Assembly: GCA_026770705.1 (NCBI GenBank)
Contig: JANJGN010000034.1
Span: 5,890,001-5,954,000, forward strand
Reading direction: 5' to 3'
Source: Isurus oxyrinchus
Lineage: Eukaryota
Length of the DNA stretch: 64,000 bases
Shown: piece by piece, positions 1 through 13,300 of the stretch
Position numbering within the stretch: position 1 is the first letter of the stretch
Layout: the number at the start of each line of letters is the position of its first letter
Translations under genes and position numbers: made by a program
Notes under the pieces: model-generated
The model's input: only the letters and a program-made list of their open reading frames with translations
Told to the model about the DNA's origin: nothing
Databases searched by the model: none

Positions 1-94
1 AACGAACTACTCGCTAACACATTGAATTTAGAAATAAAACGTACGTGATGGTTAAGAATGATATGTTTGGTGATATAGTTTATGCAAGAGGTCT

Positions 95-400
95 TGTGAC
101 GACGTTGTGGTGTCACAACTTTAGACCAGAAGCTCTGGGTTCAAGTCTTACTTCAGGAATTGATGGCTGTTGAAGCTGCTTTTGTAAGGTGGCCGGCTGT
201 ATTGCTTAGGAACTTGTCAAACCTTCCAATGTGCCTGGCAGCAGGTGCTCAGTTCGGGGGAGATGCTGGACAGCCAGGTTTTAGAAAGCAACGTCAAATG
301 ACTGTCGTACTTTGACAAGCATAATCATGACCACATCCAGTGGAAACGCATGATCACAAACACCGTCTGAATACAAGCTAGCTGAAAACTAGGAATGAAA
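95..400 (+). mobile_element. Decayed tRNA-derived SINE-like element (also ~29675-29980 and ~56900-57210)
   Basis: B-box-like gggttcaagtc at ~137-147 after an A-box-like tgtggtgtca. No cloverleaf. Confidence 0.4.
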
Positions 401-1283
401 TAACATATGTGGTACGTTGTTCTGGTGGAGGATAGCCTTCGGCATGGGACACTTGATTGGACGGACAAATATTTTCCTCTTATTTATATTGGTCGGACCG
501 CCTTCTCAGTGTCGAATTCCATGGACTTTTTTTTTGGAAATGCAACTCACTCCAAATACGCAAGGTGAAAAGACAGAGGGCTCGCTATAGTTGATCGGTG
601 ACGTGCCTAAACAGGGAAAAGGACTGTGTATCTGCTTAAATAATGTAATTGAACAATCGTTGACAGGAAGAACTTGGCAAAGTCCCGCAGGAAAATTAAG
701 GCTGCAAAAGCATTTGTAGCACAGTTGTGCATGTTAATTTGCAAACACAAGCACGGTGCATGTGCAATGTCTTATATTTTAAAGCATGCACAATATGCAA
801 TATAATATCCTAAAGTATGCCATGCAACTATTGGATTACCGTCTTGCGGAGATTTAATGTGATGTCCCTGTATATTATTGCACAATCTGTACTCAAGTAA
901 GGTTAGCGATGCCAGCCTTGCCCTTAATGATACTGCAACGCCGACATTCTGCTCTTCCTTAAAATGCAGTACGAATTGGCAGCCCAATTTAGACCTCGTA
1001 TTTTTATGAATATGATAAAAGGATCAGCTGATGTAAATACTCTGCCGTTATTTATGTTGAGTTTAAGTAGGCGCTTCACGTGAAGCGAGCGGCAGTGCCT
1101 ATGGGTAATATGGAATGGGATATGTCGAAGTATGGAGTGCGTGGAAGGACATAATCCACTCTTTCGAATACATTGACCTGTACTATAAATTCTGCTTAAT
1201 AAGTCGGGAGGGCGGGTGGGAAGAAATGGGAAAACGTGCTGAAATTGAAATAATGGTGAAACTTTCACATCTCACCATTTTAG

Positions 1284-1319
1284 AGATTCTAACGTGTCAA
1301 GAGTCTTTAAAGGATTCAG
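1284..1319 (+). CDS. Micro-exon E1 copy 1, 36 nt, EILTCQESLKDS
   Basis: ctcaccattttag|agattct...ggattcag|gtggga. Same peptide in all 3 copies, only synonymous changes. Confidence 0.85.
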
Positions 1320-4300
1320 GTGGGAAACATATTTGGCATTTGTGTAAAATTGCCGCTGAACAAAATATTCCAGCATTTACTAGCCCACACATAGAATACC
1401 GTAATTTTAAATGTAAAGATGTAGATTTTGCCTGCATCATATAATTGTCTAGCAAAGAAAGAGGGCAATCCTCCACCGTGCCTGTAACTGCTATATGAAT
1501 GGGTTTTATCCCTCTCCATCTCTAACCCTCTCATTTTCTATCTCTCTGAATTTATCTGCGTTCCAGAAGTCTTTTTACACAACCTTGCAAATGCTTGTTC
1601 TGCACAATAAGGTGTTGCTCTCCGCCAACCCCTCAGCCCCTCCCTATGCTTTGTCTATAAATAACCTTAAATCGGTGTTTCCTTGTTGCTGGTCGCCTGG
1701 ACGTGGGAACCATTTAGTGTTATTTTATTTCTTAAGCATGATGGTCTGATCATATTGCACGCCATTATCATAGGGTCCATTAACCTTCTTGCCGTGATCA
1801 GAAAAAAATCAGCACCCTTCTGCCGTCCATATAACTTACGCCCCTGGTACTGTTGACTACATCTTCCCTGTGCTCCCAGCACGATTTTCGAATCATTGCA
1901 AAGCGTGGTGCTTCGAATTAGAATGTAATATGCTAAAGTGGTGCATATTAAGCAACAATTGTTGGGAAGCTGCACTGCGTGTCGACGTCTTGGTTAGATC
2001 AACATCTTCAAACGTGTTTTCTACATCAATTATTGATCCCGAATGATGTGTGGCTCTGTTAGCTGAGCTGATTGTCTGCCTGGGCGTGGAATGGACGGCC
2101 ATTGCGATTGGGTCAGTTTCAGGCTACAGTTCAGGATCATTATTTTCCTCAATATGCAGCAGCAGCTACATTATTGTGTTATTGCAGAGTTATGCACGCA
2201 GCAGCATGCTTGCTATAGCAACAGTTAAAAATTGCTATCCACCTGCAATCTACTGTCTTATCAAAAAAAAATGTCATCTGTTTCAATGATTCCACAATCT
2301 TTCTGTTATTGTCATGCCTTGACAGATGGAAAGCTGAAAGGCAAAGAAAAAGGTAGCCAGTTTAAGGATTCGCCGTTTTAAAAAGACAGATATTGACGTG
2401 TTAGGAACATATCTATGCGCCTTTTGTTGCATTGGTTAACTTCTCTCAAATAGCATTTAGCATTATTAATCAGAAGATCGGTTGAATTTGGTAATGGGCT
2501 ACATGTGGAGAAAATCTTTCAGTTTGATTTCACAGACAAAAGTGAGAGCCACTAAGACAGGAGTTTATCATTAATAGAAACTAACGCTCAGGAGGAAAGT
2601 ATTGATTCAGAAAACGGTTGGATTGTGGAATTCGCAGCTCCATGATCCATTCTTATACTGAATTTCTCAGAATGTTTTTTTTTAAGGCTGAGGATACTGA
2701 GATCCCACGAAATTCCTAACAACCTGATTTTCACAGAGTAAATTTCGTGTTGACCCTACGGAAATTTTCGTTCAGCATTCTCAACTCCGGATTAATGGAT
2801 CCTGTGCATTATTAAGCAATTTTACCTCGTGGTTGCAGTCTGGCTTAAAAACTATGACATCCAAAAATGACGATTCCTTCTCTTGAGGACACGTTCGGGT
2901 TTGGGGCCTGACTTCGGAAGGATACATGTTGCTCTCTAAATATCCAGACTGTGTTCCCTCATGTGGTTTGCAGTTGTTTCAGGGGCCATGTGCGATTGAA
3001 ATTGCTCGGCTCATTCTCTGTCATCCAATGAGCTGAATGACGTGAGAGTTTTAAGGAATGCCGTGTAGCAAACGCTGTACAGTTCCTGCACTAAATAACA
3101 AATCAAACTGATAATTCTTAGCAGAATATTAAAGCGGAGTCTCTCAAATCTGCATATACAAGCTATGTAAACAACATCCACACGCACAAAAAACATTTTG
3201 CCTAATTAAACAAAGGTGCTACAAATTACATCGAAACATTTCTAGGTTAACAGAGATTTTAACTTCTCCAACAAAGAAAATACAGGAATGAAACCATGCC
3301 AAACTCTCTTGTAAAACGCAGAAGTTCGTCACCAATAAAATGCAGTTAGTGGCGGAGAGTCAAATAATTGCAGCTGCATTCGTCTATTTAAGCTCAGTCT
3401 TCTACAGCAGTGTCGGTTCCAGACCTGATTGTAAAGAGGATTACTGGGCCAGTTTGATTGCTTTCGGTGAATATCGGGATACAATATGGAACTCTTCTGT
3501 AATCTGGACGGGGAAATATAACTGATAACCTTGACAATTCCATGATCCTTATAAACCAGTTGCTTTCTTTCTGTCTTAGAATTGAATGACATTCAGCAGA
3601 AGTGCAGTGAGTATTCCATGAGCCAGCAGCCCCCGAGGTGTGGATTTCCCGATTGATTAAAACCAGTTCTGCGGAAAGAACTTATCTGTGGACAGAACAT
3701 GTGCCTTGGGGGAGAAAATGTATTAGAGTGATGATATTAAAGCACATCCCCAAGGTATGAGGAGAAAATGTCGGAAAGGAAATTGTGGTTTTCCCTTCTT
3801 GCCTAAAGCTGCGCCGAATGATTTGCCCTCGCAGCTTCAAACTTTTTAGCTATGACTCAGTAGACAGAACTTCCAACTTGTGATCAGAAGGTTGCGAATT
3901 CAAGTCCAGAGTTAGAAGTTGAGCACAGGCACAGATGCTGACACATCGCCAGCAATGTATTGCAGGAAATGTAGCTGTTTAGTCCATAAAACGAGGTGAG
4001 GTTTGCCCTCGAAATTGGATGTAAATGACCCAATGCCACATCTGAAAAAAACAAAGGAAGTTTTCAACTGATATCATGGTGAATACTTACTATTTAATTA
4101 AACCTGTTTAATTAAGTGGTAAGTATTCACCAGGATTTGATGTTTCGCTGGTCTTGGGTTTCCTGGTGAGTCGAGCAGAACAAGTATCTGTGCTGAAACA
4201 GTTCAATCAGAGTGATCATTATATCATCTGCTTTAGGCTGGCAGATCGATCGGATGGACAATTAACATATGACGTCTAATGCAGAAAATCGCGATCACAT

Positions 4301-7300
4301 CATTTTGGTGGGAAGGACGAGCTGAGGCAATGCAAGAGAAAGTGGCAAAATGTAAATGGGTTGCAAGGTATTTACCCCGGATGTCAATGTGCACAAATTG
4401 CTCAGGGTGACAAGGTAGGTTGAATGGGCGTTAAAAAAGCATAACCAGTCCGTAAATTAAATAAAGACGGTCATATAGCACAAAGACATGTAGTTTACAA
4501 TAAATGTATAAAATATTGGGCGGGCCTCAACTAGAGAATTGTTTCCAATTCTGGACAACATTCTCCAGGAAAATGTATAGGCATTATAGAGCGTGCAAAA
4601 GTAAATTTTAAAATTACTTCCAGGGATTAAGAGCTGCCCTTAGGTGGGTAGTTTGGACAGGTGTTCTTCACTTTGGTGATCAGAATATTAAGGAACATTC
4701 TGATGGAGGTGAACATTATCATAAGGATCCAGGAGAGAGTAAACACAGGAGAGTTGCTCCGTTGGCAGGAACGGTCGAAAATCAGTAAAGACCCACTTAA
4801 GGTAATTGACATTATAAACTGTAATGCCATGAGGGAAACATTTTATTTTCCGTTGACTGCTTAGTATTTGGATTACACTGCTAACGGTGTCGAGGAGGCA
4901 TGTTCTATAGATGTTTTCAACAGAGTATTAAGTAAATATATCAGTACGAGAGTTACTTCAGAGGAGTGTTAATTGGAACAGCGGGAAAGTGGCATGAAAT
5001 AAAATTAAAATGATCCGGCACTGGCTCAACGTGTCTCTCTCTTTCTCTCTTTATCTGTCTGGCTCCTTCTCTCCCTCTCTTTCTCTCTCTCGCCCTCTCT
5101 GTATCTTCTACAGCTGATTAGAAAGAAAATAACACAGATATATAGATAGCTANNNNNNNNNNNNNNNNNNNNNNNNNNNNNNNNNNNNNNNNNNNNNNNN
5201 NNNNNNNNNNNNNNNNNNNNNNNNNNNNNNNNNNNNNNNNNNNNNNNNNNNNNNNNNNNNNNNNNNNNNNNNNNNNNNNNNNNNNNNNNNNNNNNNNNNN
5301 NNNNNNNNNNNNNNNNNNNNNNNNNNNNNNNNNNNNNNNNNNNNNNNNNNNNNNNNNNNNNNNNNNNNNNNNNNNNNNNNNNNNNNNNNNNNNNNNNNNN
5401 NNACAGTATTGGATAATTCTTTGACATTTCCGAATGACACAAGGCATGGAGGTGCGGCAAACAAACAGGTTGACAGCAAGCGACTGCAGCAAGAGATAAA
5501 TAATTGAGGAGCATAGGCATCAAGTGGCGGATCGAAAATAATGCACATAAATCTGAAGTGTTGCATTTTGGCATAACCGATAGAGGAGGCCAAATACCCT
5601 TAATGAAACGATTCTTTATTGTGCAACGGAATAGATAAGGAGGAGAGTATTTTTTAAGTTGTATTGAAATATTATAAGTGTAGCTAGCAATTTATTCGAA
5701 TTAATGGGCTTATTATGTGGAGGCATTCAGCACAAAAGTAGAAAATTGTGCATAACCTTTTCAAACGCTGGTTATGCCCCAGTTAACGTTGTGTAATCTG
5801 GCTATCAACACATATTCGGAAGGAGCGACTGATTATTAAGAGGTTGCTGAAGAGAATTGGCTGAATGGTTCCATGAATAATTGAATTTAATGACCAGGGA
5901 ACATTGTTGGACAAACGCGTGTTTTCCTTAGAACACAGAAGGCTGAGAGGAGATCTATAAGTTAATGTCAAGACTAGGTAAGGGAGAAATAGAGATCTCG
6001 TTCTGATACGCTTAAGGTACAGGGATGAGAAGGACTCAATTTTCCGCGCTGTGCACAGTCGATTATAGATTATCAGATCTGTTGGCTTTGCTAGAAAAAG
6101 TTACATGCCATTACGAATGCAACTATATATTTTAAAAAATGGAATGGAAATGGAGGACATTTGTTAATTAGAGCCTAGTTTGTGTAACTCACCATCTAGC
6201 AAGTTGGTGAAGCATTTCTCATTCAGTAATTTCACAATGAATTTAAATTAGCACATTGTCTGATTAAATTGACAGGCAGATGGTGATAGTGTGGGAAAAC
6301 CGGAATGACTGCTTGGATCTGGAGAATGCCGCATTGGTTCTGCCGGCCATAGGGCATCTGTCGCTCCGGGCCAAAGCCACCATGTGCCTCTCACTTGCCA
6401 ACCGAAATGGTCACAGAGCTGTATCAAAATCGCGACAGGAAAATTGGATAAGTGCCAAAACTGGAGAGACAAACCAGGATTGAACTATTCAACGGGTAAA
6501 ACAACGACAAATTCACCCTCTCCACCCTGCTGAAATAGCTTTACTAACAACTGGGAGCTGTTGCCAACAGTGGGAGAGATATCCCACAGGCCAGTCAAAC
6601 AACAGTCATATTTATAATCAAGGATTCAGTGTACCTGTCAAAAGCATGGCAGTCTCATCAAATGACAGACCCAGCCTAGATGACGGCGTTATAGATTCTG
6701 GATGGAAATGCAATGGGGAGCCTAAACACCGACTCCGGACCCCATGAAGTCACATGACTTCAAGCTGAACATGGGCAAGGAATCCTCCATCTGATTATCT
6801 CGTACCAAATTCCACAACCACCCTTGCATCTGATGAATCAGTAGTCTCCCATGTTAAACGTCACTTGGAGAAGCATTGAGGGCGGCAATGGTGGACAATT
6901 CACTTAAATCACCAACACCAAAAATGGCTGTGTAGCACCACTGTAGACTGAGCGAGACGAATGCAAAGAGACATAGTTGCTAGTCTGGGTCTGTGGCTGC
7001 TGGTGAGGGAGCAAACAAGAGGGGGAACCATACCTTTCCTCATCGTCAGGAACCTGCTTGGTGCTGGGGCAGGTGTCCATGAAAGTATCGGTAGGAGTGA
7101 CCACTGCACAGTCATTGTGGAGCAATTGCGGATACCATCCAACATGTGATGCCGCACCACTGAAGTGCCAAAGAGGATAAATTAGGAACAGATCAAGTAT
7201 GTCAATCTGTGGTAGTCACGAGTCTATGCGGTCCATCCACAGAAGCAGAACTATACTCAATCACAATGTTTAACCTCATGGACCGGCAAATCCAACACTC

Positions 7301-10300
7301 ATCCATTACCAGCCAGCTTGGTTATCCAGTCAGTTTCAATGAAGAGTGTAAGGGTACATTGCAGAAGCAGTACCATTCATGCCTAAAAACGAAGTGGCAA
7401 CCGGATGAAGCTACATAGCACATCTACTTGCGTTCCTGACAGCATAAGCAGCACGTGACAGACAGAGCTAAGTCATTGCAGAAACAACAGAGTAGATCTA
7501 AGCTCTGCAGCGCTGTCACGGCCAGTTTTAACTTGCAGTGGGCAATTATATAATTCACCAGAAAGAGATAATGAAATGACTCCATGCTTCTTGATGATAG
7601 AGTGCCAAGCATCGGGGAAAAATATAAGGCTCAAGTATTTACAATACGTGTCGAGTGGGTGACCCATGTCGGCCTCCTCCAGAGATACACGGCATTGCAG
7701 ATCCCAGACTTCAGCTAAGTCGATTCACCCCACGGGTTATCATGAAATGCCTGATGGAACTGGATGCTGCAAAGGCTAGGGGCACTGACAATATTCCGGC
7801 AATAGTATTGAGGATGTGCTCAAGATATTTTTTGTGCCCTTAGCCAGGTTCTTCAAGTAAGGCTACAACACAGGCATCCACCTGGCAATTTAGTCACTCA
7901 GCCAGGTATGTCTTGTGCACACAAAGCAGAGCAAATCCAAACCCACCAATTATCGTCCAATCAGTATACTACCAATCATCATTGAAGTGAGGAAAGGGTC
8001 AGGAACTGCTATTACGCAGCACTTGCTCAGCAATTACCTGCTCATTGCTCAGTTTGGGTTCGGCCAGTGTCCCTCAGTTCCTGACCTCATCACAGACTTG
8101 GTTTCAACATGCACAAAAAAGCTGAACTCCAGTGGTGAGGTGAGAGTGATTGTCCTTGAAATCAAGGCAGAATTTGGCCGATTCTTCCATCAAGGAACCA
8201 TAGCAAGACTGGAGTGTATGGGAATCAGGGGGAGAATTCTGCGTCTGTGGAATTCATTCTTAGAAGGAAGAAAGATTGTTTTCGTTGTTGGAGGTCAATG
8301 ACCAATAGTGAAAGTGCATCATTGCAGGAGTTCCTCAGGGTAGTGTTCTAGGCCCCATCATTCTCAGCTGCTTTTTCAAGGAATTCCTTCCATCATCTGT
8401 TCAGAAGTGGGGGTATTTGCTGATGACCGCACAAATTACAGCACAATTCACGACACCTTAAATAATGAAACAGCCAATTTCTAAATACAGCAACGACAAG
8501 GGCCAAGCAATGACCGCCTTCATCTAGACATTATAAAACCATCACCTTATGACAATCAATGGCAATGGCTACAAGAGCCGATTAGGGGCTGGGAACACTG
8601 CAAATTGCAACTCATCTCCTAAGGCACGAAAGCCTGTCAACAATCTACAAGGCACAGTTCATCTTTGTGATTGAATATTCCTCACTTTCCCGGCTGGGTG
8701 TAGCTCCAGCAACAATCAAGAAACTTGACAACACCCATGGCAAAACAGCCCACTTGATTGCGCCAACATCCACACATGTTCACGCCTTCCACCGGTGACG
8801 GATAGTGGCATCAGTGAATAATATCTGCAAAATGGTCTGCAGGAACTCAACAAGGCTCCTTTGGCAGCACCTTCCAAACCAGCGTTCGCTGCCGTCCGGA
8901 AGCACAAGGGCAGTAGGTCTCTGTGAACAACACGACTTTAAAGTTCCTCGACAAGTCGCTCATCATCCTGATGTGAAATATGTTGTGATTCCTTCACTGT
9001 CGTGGGATCAAAATGATGGAATCCCTCCATAACAGCACCGTGGAAGGAATACCTCAGATGGACTGTAGCACTTCAAGAAAGCAGTTCACCAGCTCATTCT
9101 CAAGGAACGTTAGAGATGGACAGCAAAAGATGTTCTCACCAGTGACCCCCAGGTCACATCAATCAATTAAAAGCGGACAAAATACAGGCTATCCGGTCAC
9201 TGTCAGGCTGATTTGCGAATGCTATAAGGAAATCAGATACTGTTTCTCATGCATAGCAAACATAACCTAAATTCTACATTGCCTGTCTCGTACTTTGGAA
9301 AATTCTGTGTTTGTAAAATGAGCAATATAGTTGCATTTCCTTCTTCCCTTCGTAAGGGGATCTGGATAGGTCATGTAATACTTTCAAGCCAATAGTGCTC
9401 TGAATACATTCTTCTGGAAATTTCCTTTTGTCAGGCTGCTTGGAGGTTCCATGTCTTTTATGAATTCCAAATAGAAAAAAACCCCTCAAGTTTTGCAGTT
9501 ACGTTTTGCAGTTAATATATCTCTGACAGAGTTTAGATGCAATGCGTGCAAAGTGCTACTATTCGTGCAATTTGCTTAAACCAAATATCGATTACATAAT
9601 TCGTTCTTCCCGTTGCTGACATATCGATGTTGCTTCGGTTTTGAACATAATGTGCACACAGAACAAAACAGGGGTCCCAGAGAAGACATGGAAACATGAT
9701 ATTAGAACCCAGCGATATACATTTTCTGAAAGATTGGCGCGGCTATCTACAAAACTGAAGTCTGAATGATGAGCTGACAGGAGTCTTAACAATTATGCAA
9801 GATTTTCTGTTGGAGCCCAGAACTTGGGACTCTAAATGAAATGAAGTCACTAGGCACCTTTGGGAAATTCGGAGTTATATCCACTCACAGGATATTTGTA
9901 ATGCGGTATCCGTACGGCAAGGTGCACTAATTTAATAGCCAACTTTCCTTGTAATGGCAAGTGTACGAGAGAGAAAGAAGTTGAATGACATTCTGATTGG
10001 GTTCGTTGAAGCCGGAGGGGCTTGTGTGTAACATAAGAACAGCTGCAGCGACTGGATGGGGTGAAGGCCTGATTGCATGCTATAGAATGGTTTTAAAGCT
10101 AAGAAACAATGAAGAGGAGATTTCAACAAAACGGGCCAACCATATATCATGAGGCATGACTTACTTGAAGATCCCCTATCAGAAAGACATTTGTCAACAT
10201 CCACTTTAGTAATGATTTAACCAAGTGTGCTAAAAGTCATAACCCTTACTTTGAATTTAATTGCTCAGTTTTAATCTAACAGGCCGTTTAAAATACGTAT

Positions 10301-13300
10301 TGCAATAATGGCTTAAATTGACAACACTTTTGATGGAACATTCCTCCACCCTACAAACTTGAGCAGAAAGTTTTGAACCGAGACCCCAAGCAGCGGCGTT
10401 GAGGATTGCAGTAGTGGAATTTAAGCATTTTGATGGAGACCTTTAGCTGAGTCACCGTCTGTCCAGTGAATTGGCGTTTATTTTATTTCCTTAATTTGAT
10501 CTTCTGATTCTGCTACTGGAGTAAGGGAAGCTATCGAAGTTGCCGTCTCCAAAATTTAATCCTGCATCAATGTCAAAAAAATGGTAAATCGGCTATATCT
10601 TAATAATGCCTGTGGGAACCTATGGTATGCGAAATAGTTGCAAATTGTTCTGCATTGCAGGAATACTTCAGAAGTATGACATTGGATGCAAAGCATTTCC
10701 GGACGCCTTAAATTCATGATAGGCGCTGTGAAAATGCAAATTTTGTTATTCTCTCTTGCAGAAGGAGATCTTTGGGACAAAGATTCAGGTAAACAACATA
10801 AATTATTCTGCACTGCCCTTGTCGTACAACTGTTGGCTCAGCCTGTGCCACTCTCAATATGAGCTTGGATCCCGTTGTTTCAAATGAAGCTCGAAATTCT
10901 GATCACTAAGACTTGGCTGACACTGTTGGCTGCCAGTAATATAAGATTGCCAACCTGCGGGGCATGTCATCTCTAAGGCGAGATGTTAAAGGAACACAAT
11001 AATTCCCCACACACCAAGGCATATTTCGATACATATTTAAGGTTTACCTTCAATGTATACGTATGATTGACAATCAATCAACAGTGATTTATACAGAAAT
11101 CATGTTTACTGTTCAATTTATATTTGTGGGAATTGCTGCTTCATTTCCAACATTAAAGCAACAACTACAATTCTGAAGAGTCCAATATGCGGGAAAAAAT
11201 TATTTGAGATTTTCTGAACTCATGGATGAAATGATATAAATCAAGGCCCTTCATTTTCATTTTCTGAATTTATGCTAATGAGTCTCTTTGAGCTGGATCT
11301 GTTCCGGCAGCACTGAATGATGTAATGACAGTTTTTTGGGTGAAAACCAAATGAAAGGGATTGATAAAATGTTACACTCCACATTTTCAGAAATAAATGA
11401 TCTCCAGACTAAACTTCAAAAATGCGGTGAGTAAATATTTAAATTTCAGAAAAGCAGTGACCTAAGAGGAAAATAATTGGATGTTTACGTGGAAATTATC
11501 GAATTGAACTCACAGCATTTCCGACTGCACGCCACCCTTAATTGGATGAAGTGGTTCTGCAAAACTGAGTGATTGAGTAAGCGCCGGCAGGATTTCAGCA
11601 TGCAGATCTTAAGCAGCTTCCTGAAATGGTAGTCACATTTCAACGATGATCATTCATTAGATAAGAGCTCGATCAGGGAGATTAGGAACATATAGGATTG
11701 CATATAGTTATTGTCGTGTGTTCTTATGGTCGGCCACAACAATTAAACGGTTGTGGAGAGTTCGGCTAGAGATACGTTTGGACTTTTCAGCTCTGTGCAC
11801 GTGTATCTACAGGTAAGGATCACTCTGGGTGAGACAAGCTATGGATAGGTGCTGTTCTTATTGAGGTAGGCTTGAGGAGGCTGACTATGGCTGAGTCAGT
11901 GGAGGGAGAAATCCGGTGTTTGTGTGGCCGTCTCTGGCTGAATTGGGAACTGGACATGTTTGGCTATGTTTGAGCCTGCTTCTAGGTGTGATCCACGAAG
12001 ATTCACATCTTGTATATATTTTGTAAATTATAGGTCCGGGCCTTTCTGCATAAAACCGGGTATGAGCGAGTTCCAAAGCAGTTGAGATTGAGGAAGCAGA
12101 ACATCGGCTTTACTCTATGGAATCTTCTCAGAGATCCAGTATGATCAGGCTGCATAGGCTTGCGTCAGCTATGTGCGTTTTCATGGATCTTTGAGGTGTA
12201 GTCATTAAGTGTGCAACAGCTGTTGGTGCAGAATGGCACATGAAACATAATTTTTGTGTGAGGCCTAATTTGAAAGAGGTCAAGCATATGCAATATGGAT
12301 AAGTATGAGCTGATTTGAATGAGATCAGATTGTGTTGAGTTAGAGAAGTGGCAAGTTACGCTATGGATAATGTAGGGTATGGATGCACTCGCACCAATGA
12401 GAATTAAGGTCATGTGGAATCAACATTTCCTGAGAGATGATGTCAGTAAATTTTGTAATGGTCGTGGTTTGGAACGGGTACATTTGAGTTCAGAGGGTAT
12501 CACTTTTCTTTCAGGATGGAGAAAAGGAATTGGGCATTGGTAATTTGTTGCATGTTTGAAGTCGGTAAAAGTCAGTTTTACAATGGTTACATCACATACG
12601 GGATTCAGATCAGGTAGCAGTTACATCCTGTTTGTTTGGTGATATGCACGAGTGTGAGACAGACTTTTTTGGGTATAATTGGACATGGGTGGGACCAGGC
12701 CAGGCAGATGCCGAAATAAAAGTAGAATCTACTGGAAATATTCAGAAGGTCGGGGAAATACTTCTGGAGAGAGGAACAAACGTTGAAGTTTCAGGTCAAG
12801 GAGCCTTTTCAGCTGGCAGGAAGGTTCACATGGCACAATAAAAATAAAACAAGAGTATCGTTGCCAATGTGCATTGTTATCCAACAAAATAAAAGCAGGT
12901 TATCTGGCCTTTGCAACATTGCTGTTTTGTGGGTGTTGGTAGGGGACTGTGGTTGGGTTGGCCGGTAGGGAGATGTGGTGGCTAATTGGCTGCTTCATCT
13001 CATACGTTACGATTATGGTTAGGATTAAGATGTTTGACATTGCGAGACGCTTGGGAATGGCTGTGATTGTGAAGTCAAAGAACAAGCACATTGCTCTTCT
13101 TAAGTTAATACTTGCACCCTATGATAATGATAATGACAACATGCTTGCAACATTGAAATTAAGGACGAGCTTAGCTACATCCAAGCTTCACTAAATGAAA
13201 ATTTCCAACGTGTGAGGGGCTTCAATTATCTCAGACTCAGTGATTTTACCTTTCACCCTTCAACAGACGAGAACCTAAAAGCGGTAGTAAAAGGTACTGA

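Noticed and set aside
1567-1611. Possible 45-nt exon (ttccag|aagtc...aataag|gtgttg)
   Set aside because: The phase-1 reading ends in TAA, the donor is poor and altered in copy 3, and the segment is no more conserved than its flanks.
3848-3910. tRNA gene
   Set aside because: Only degenerate A/B boxes leading into a SINE-like body; no cloverleaf and diverged between copies.
5026-5593. Long ORFs spanning N runs (also 34558-34995 and 61925-62359)
   Set aside because: Their length comes from translating Ns; flanks are microsatellite and antisense CR1 sequence.
6500-9172. Active or domesticated reverse transcriptase
   Set aside because: Many stops and frameshifts, and mostly deleted in copy 2.
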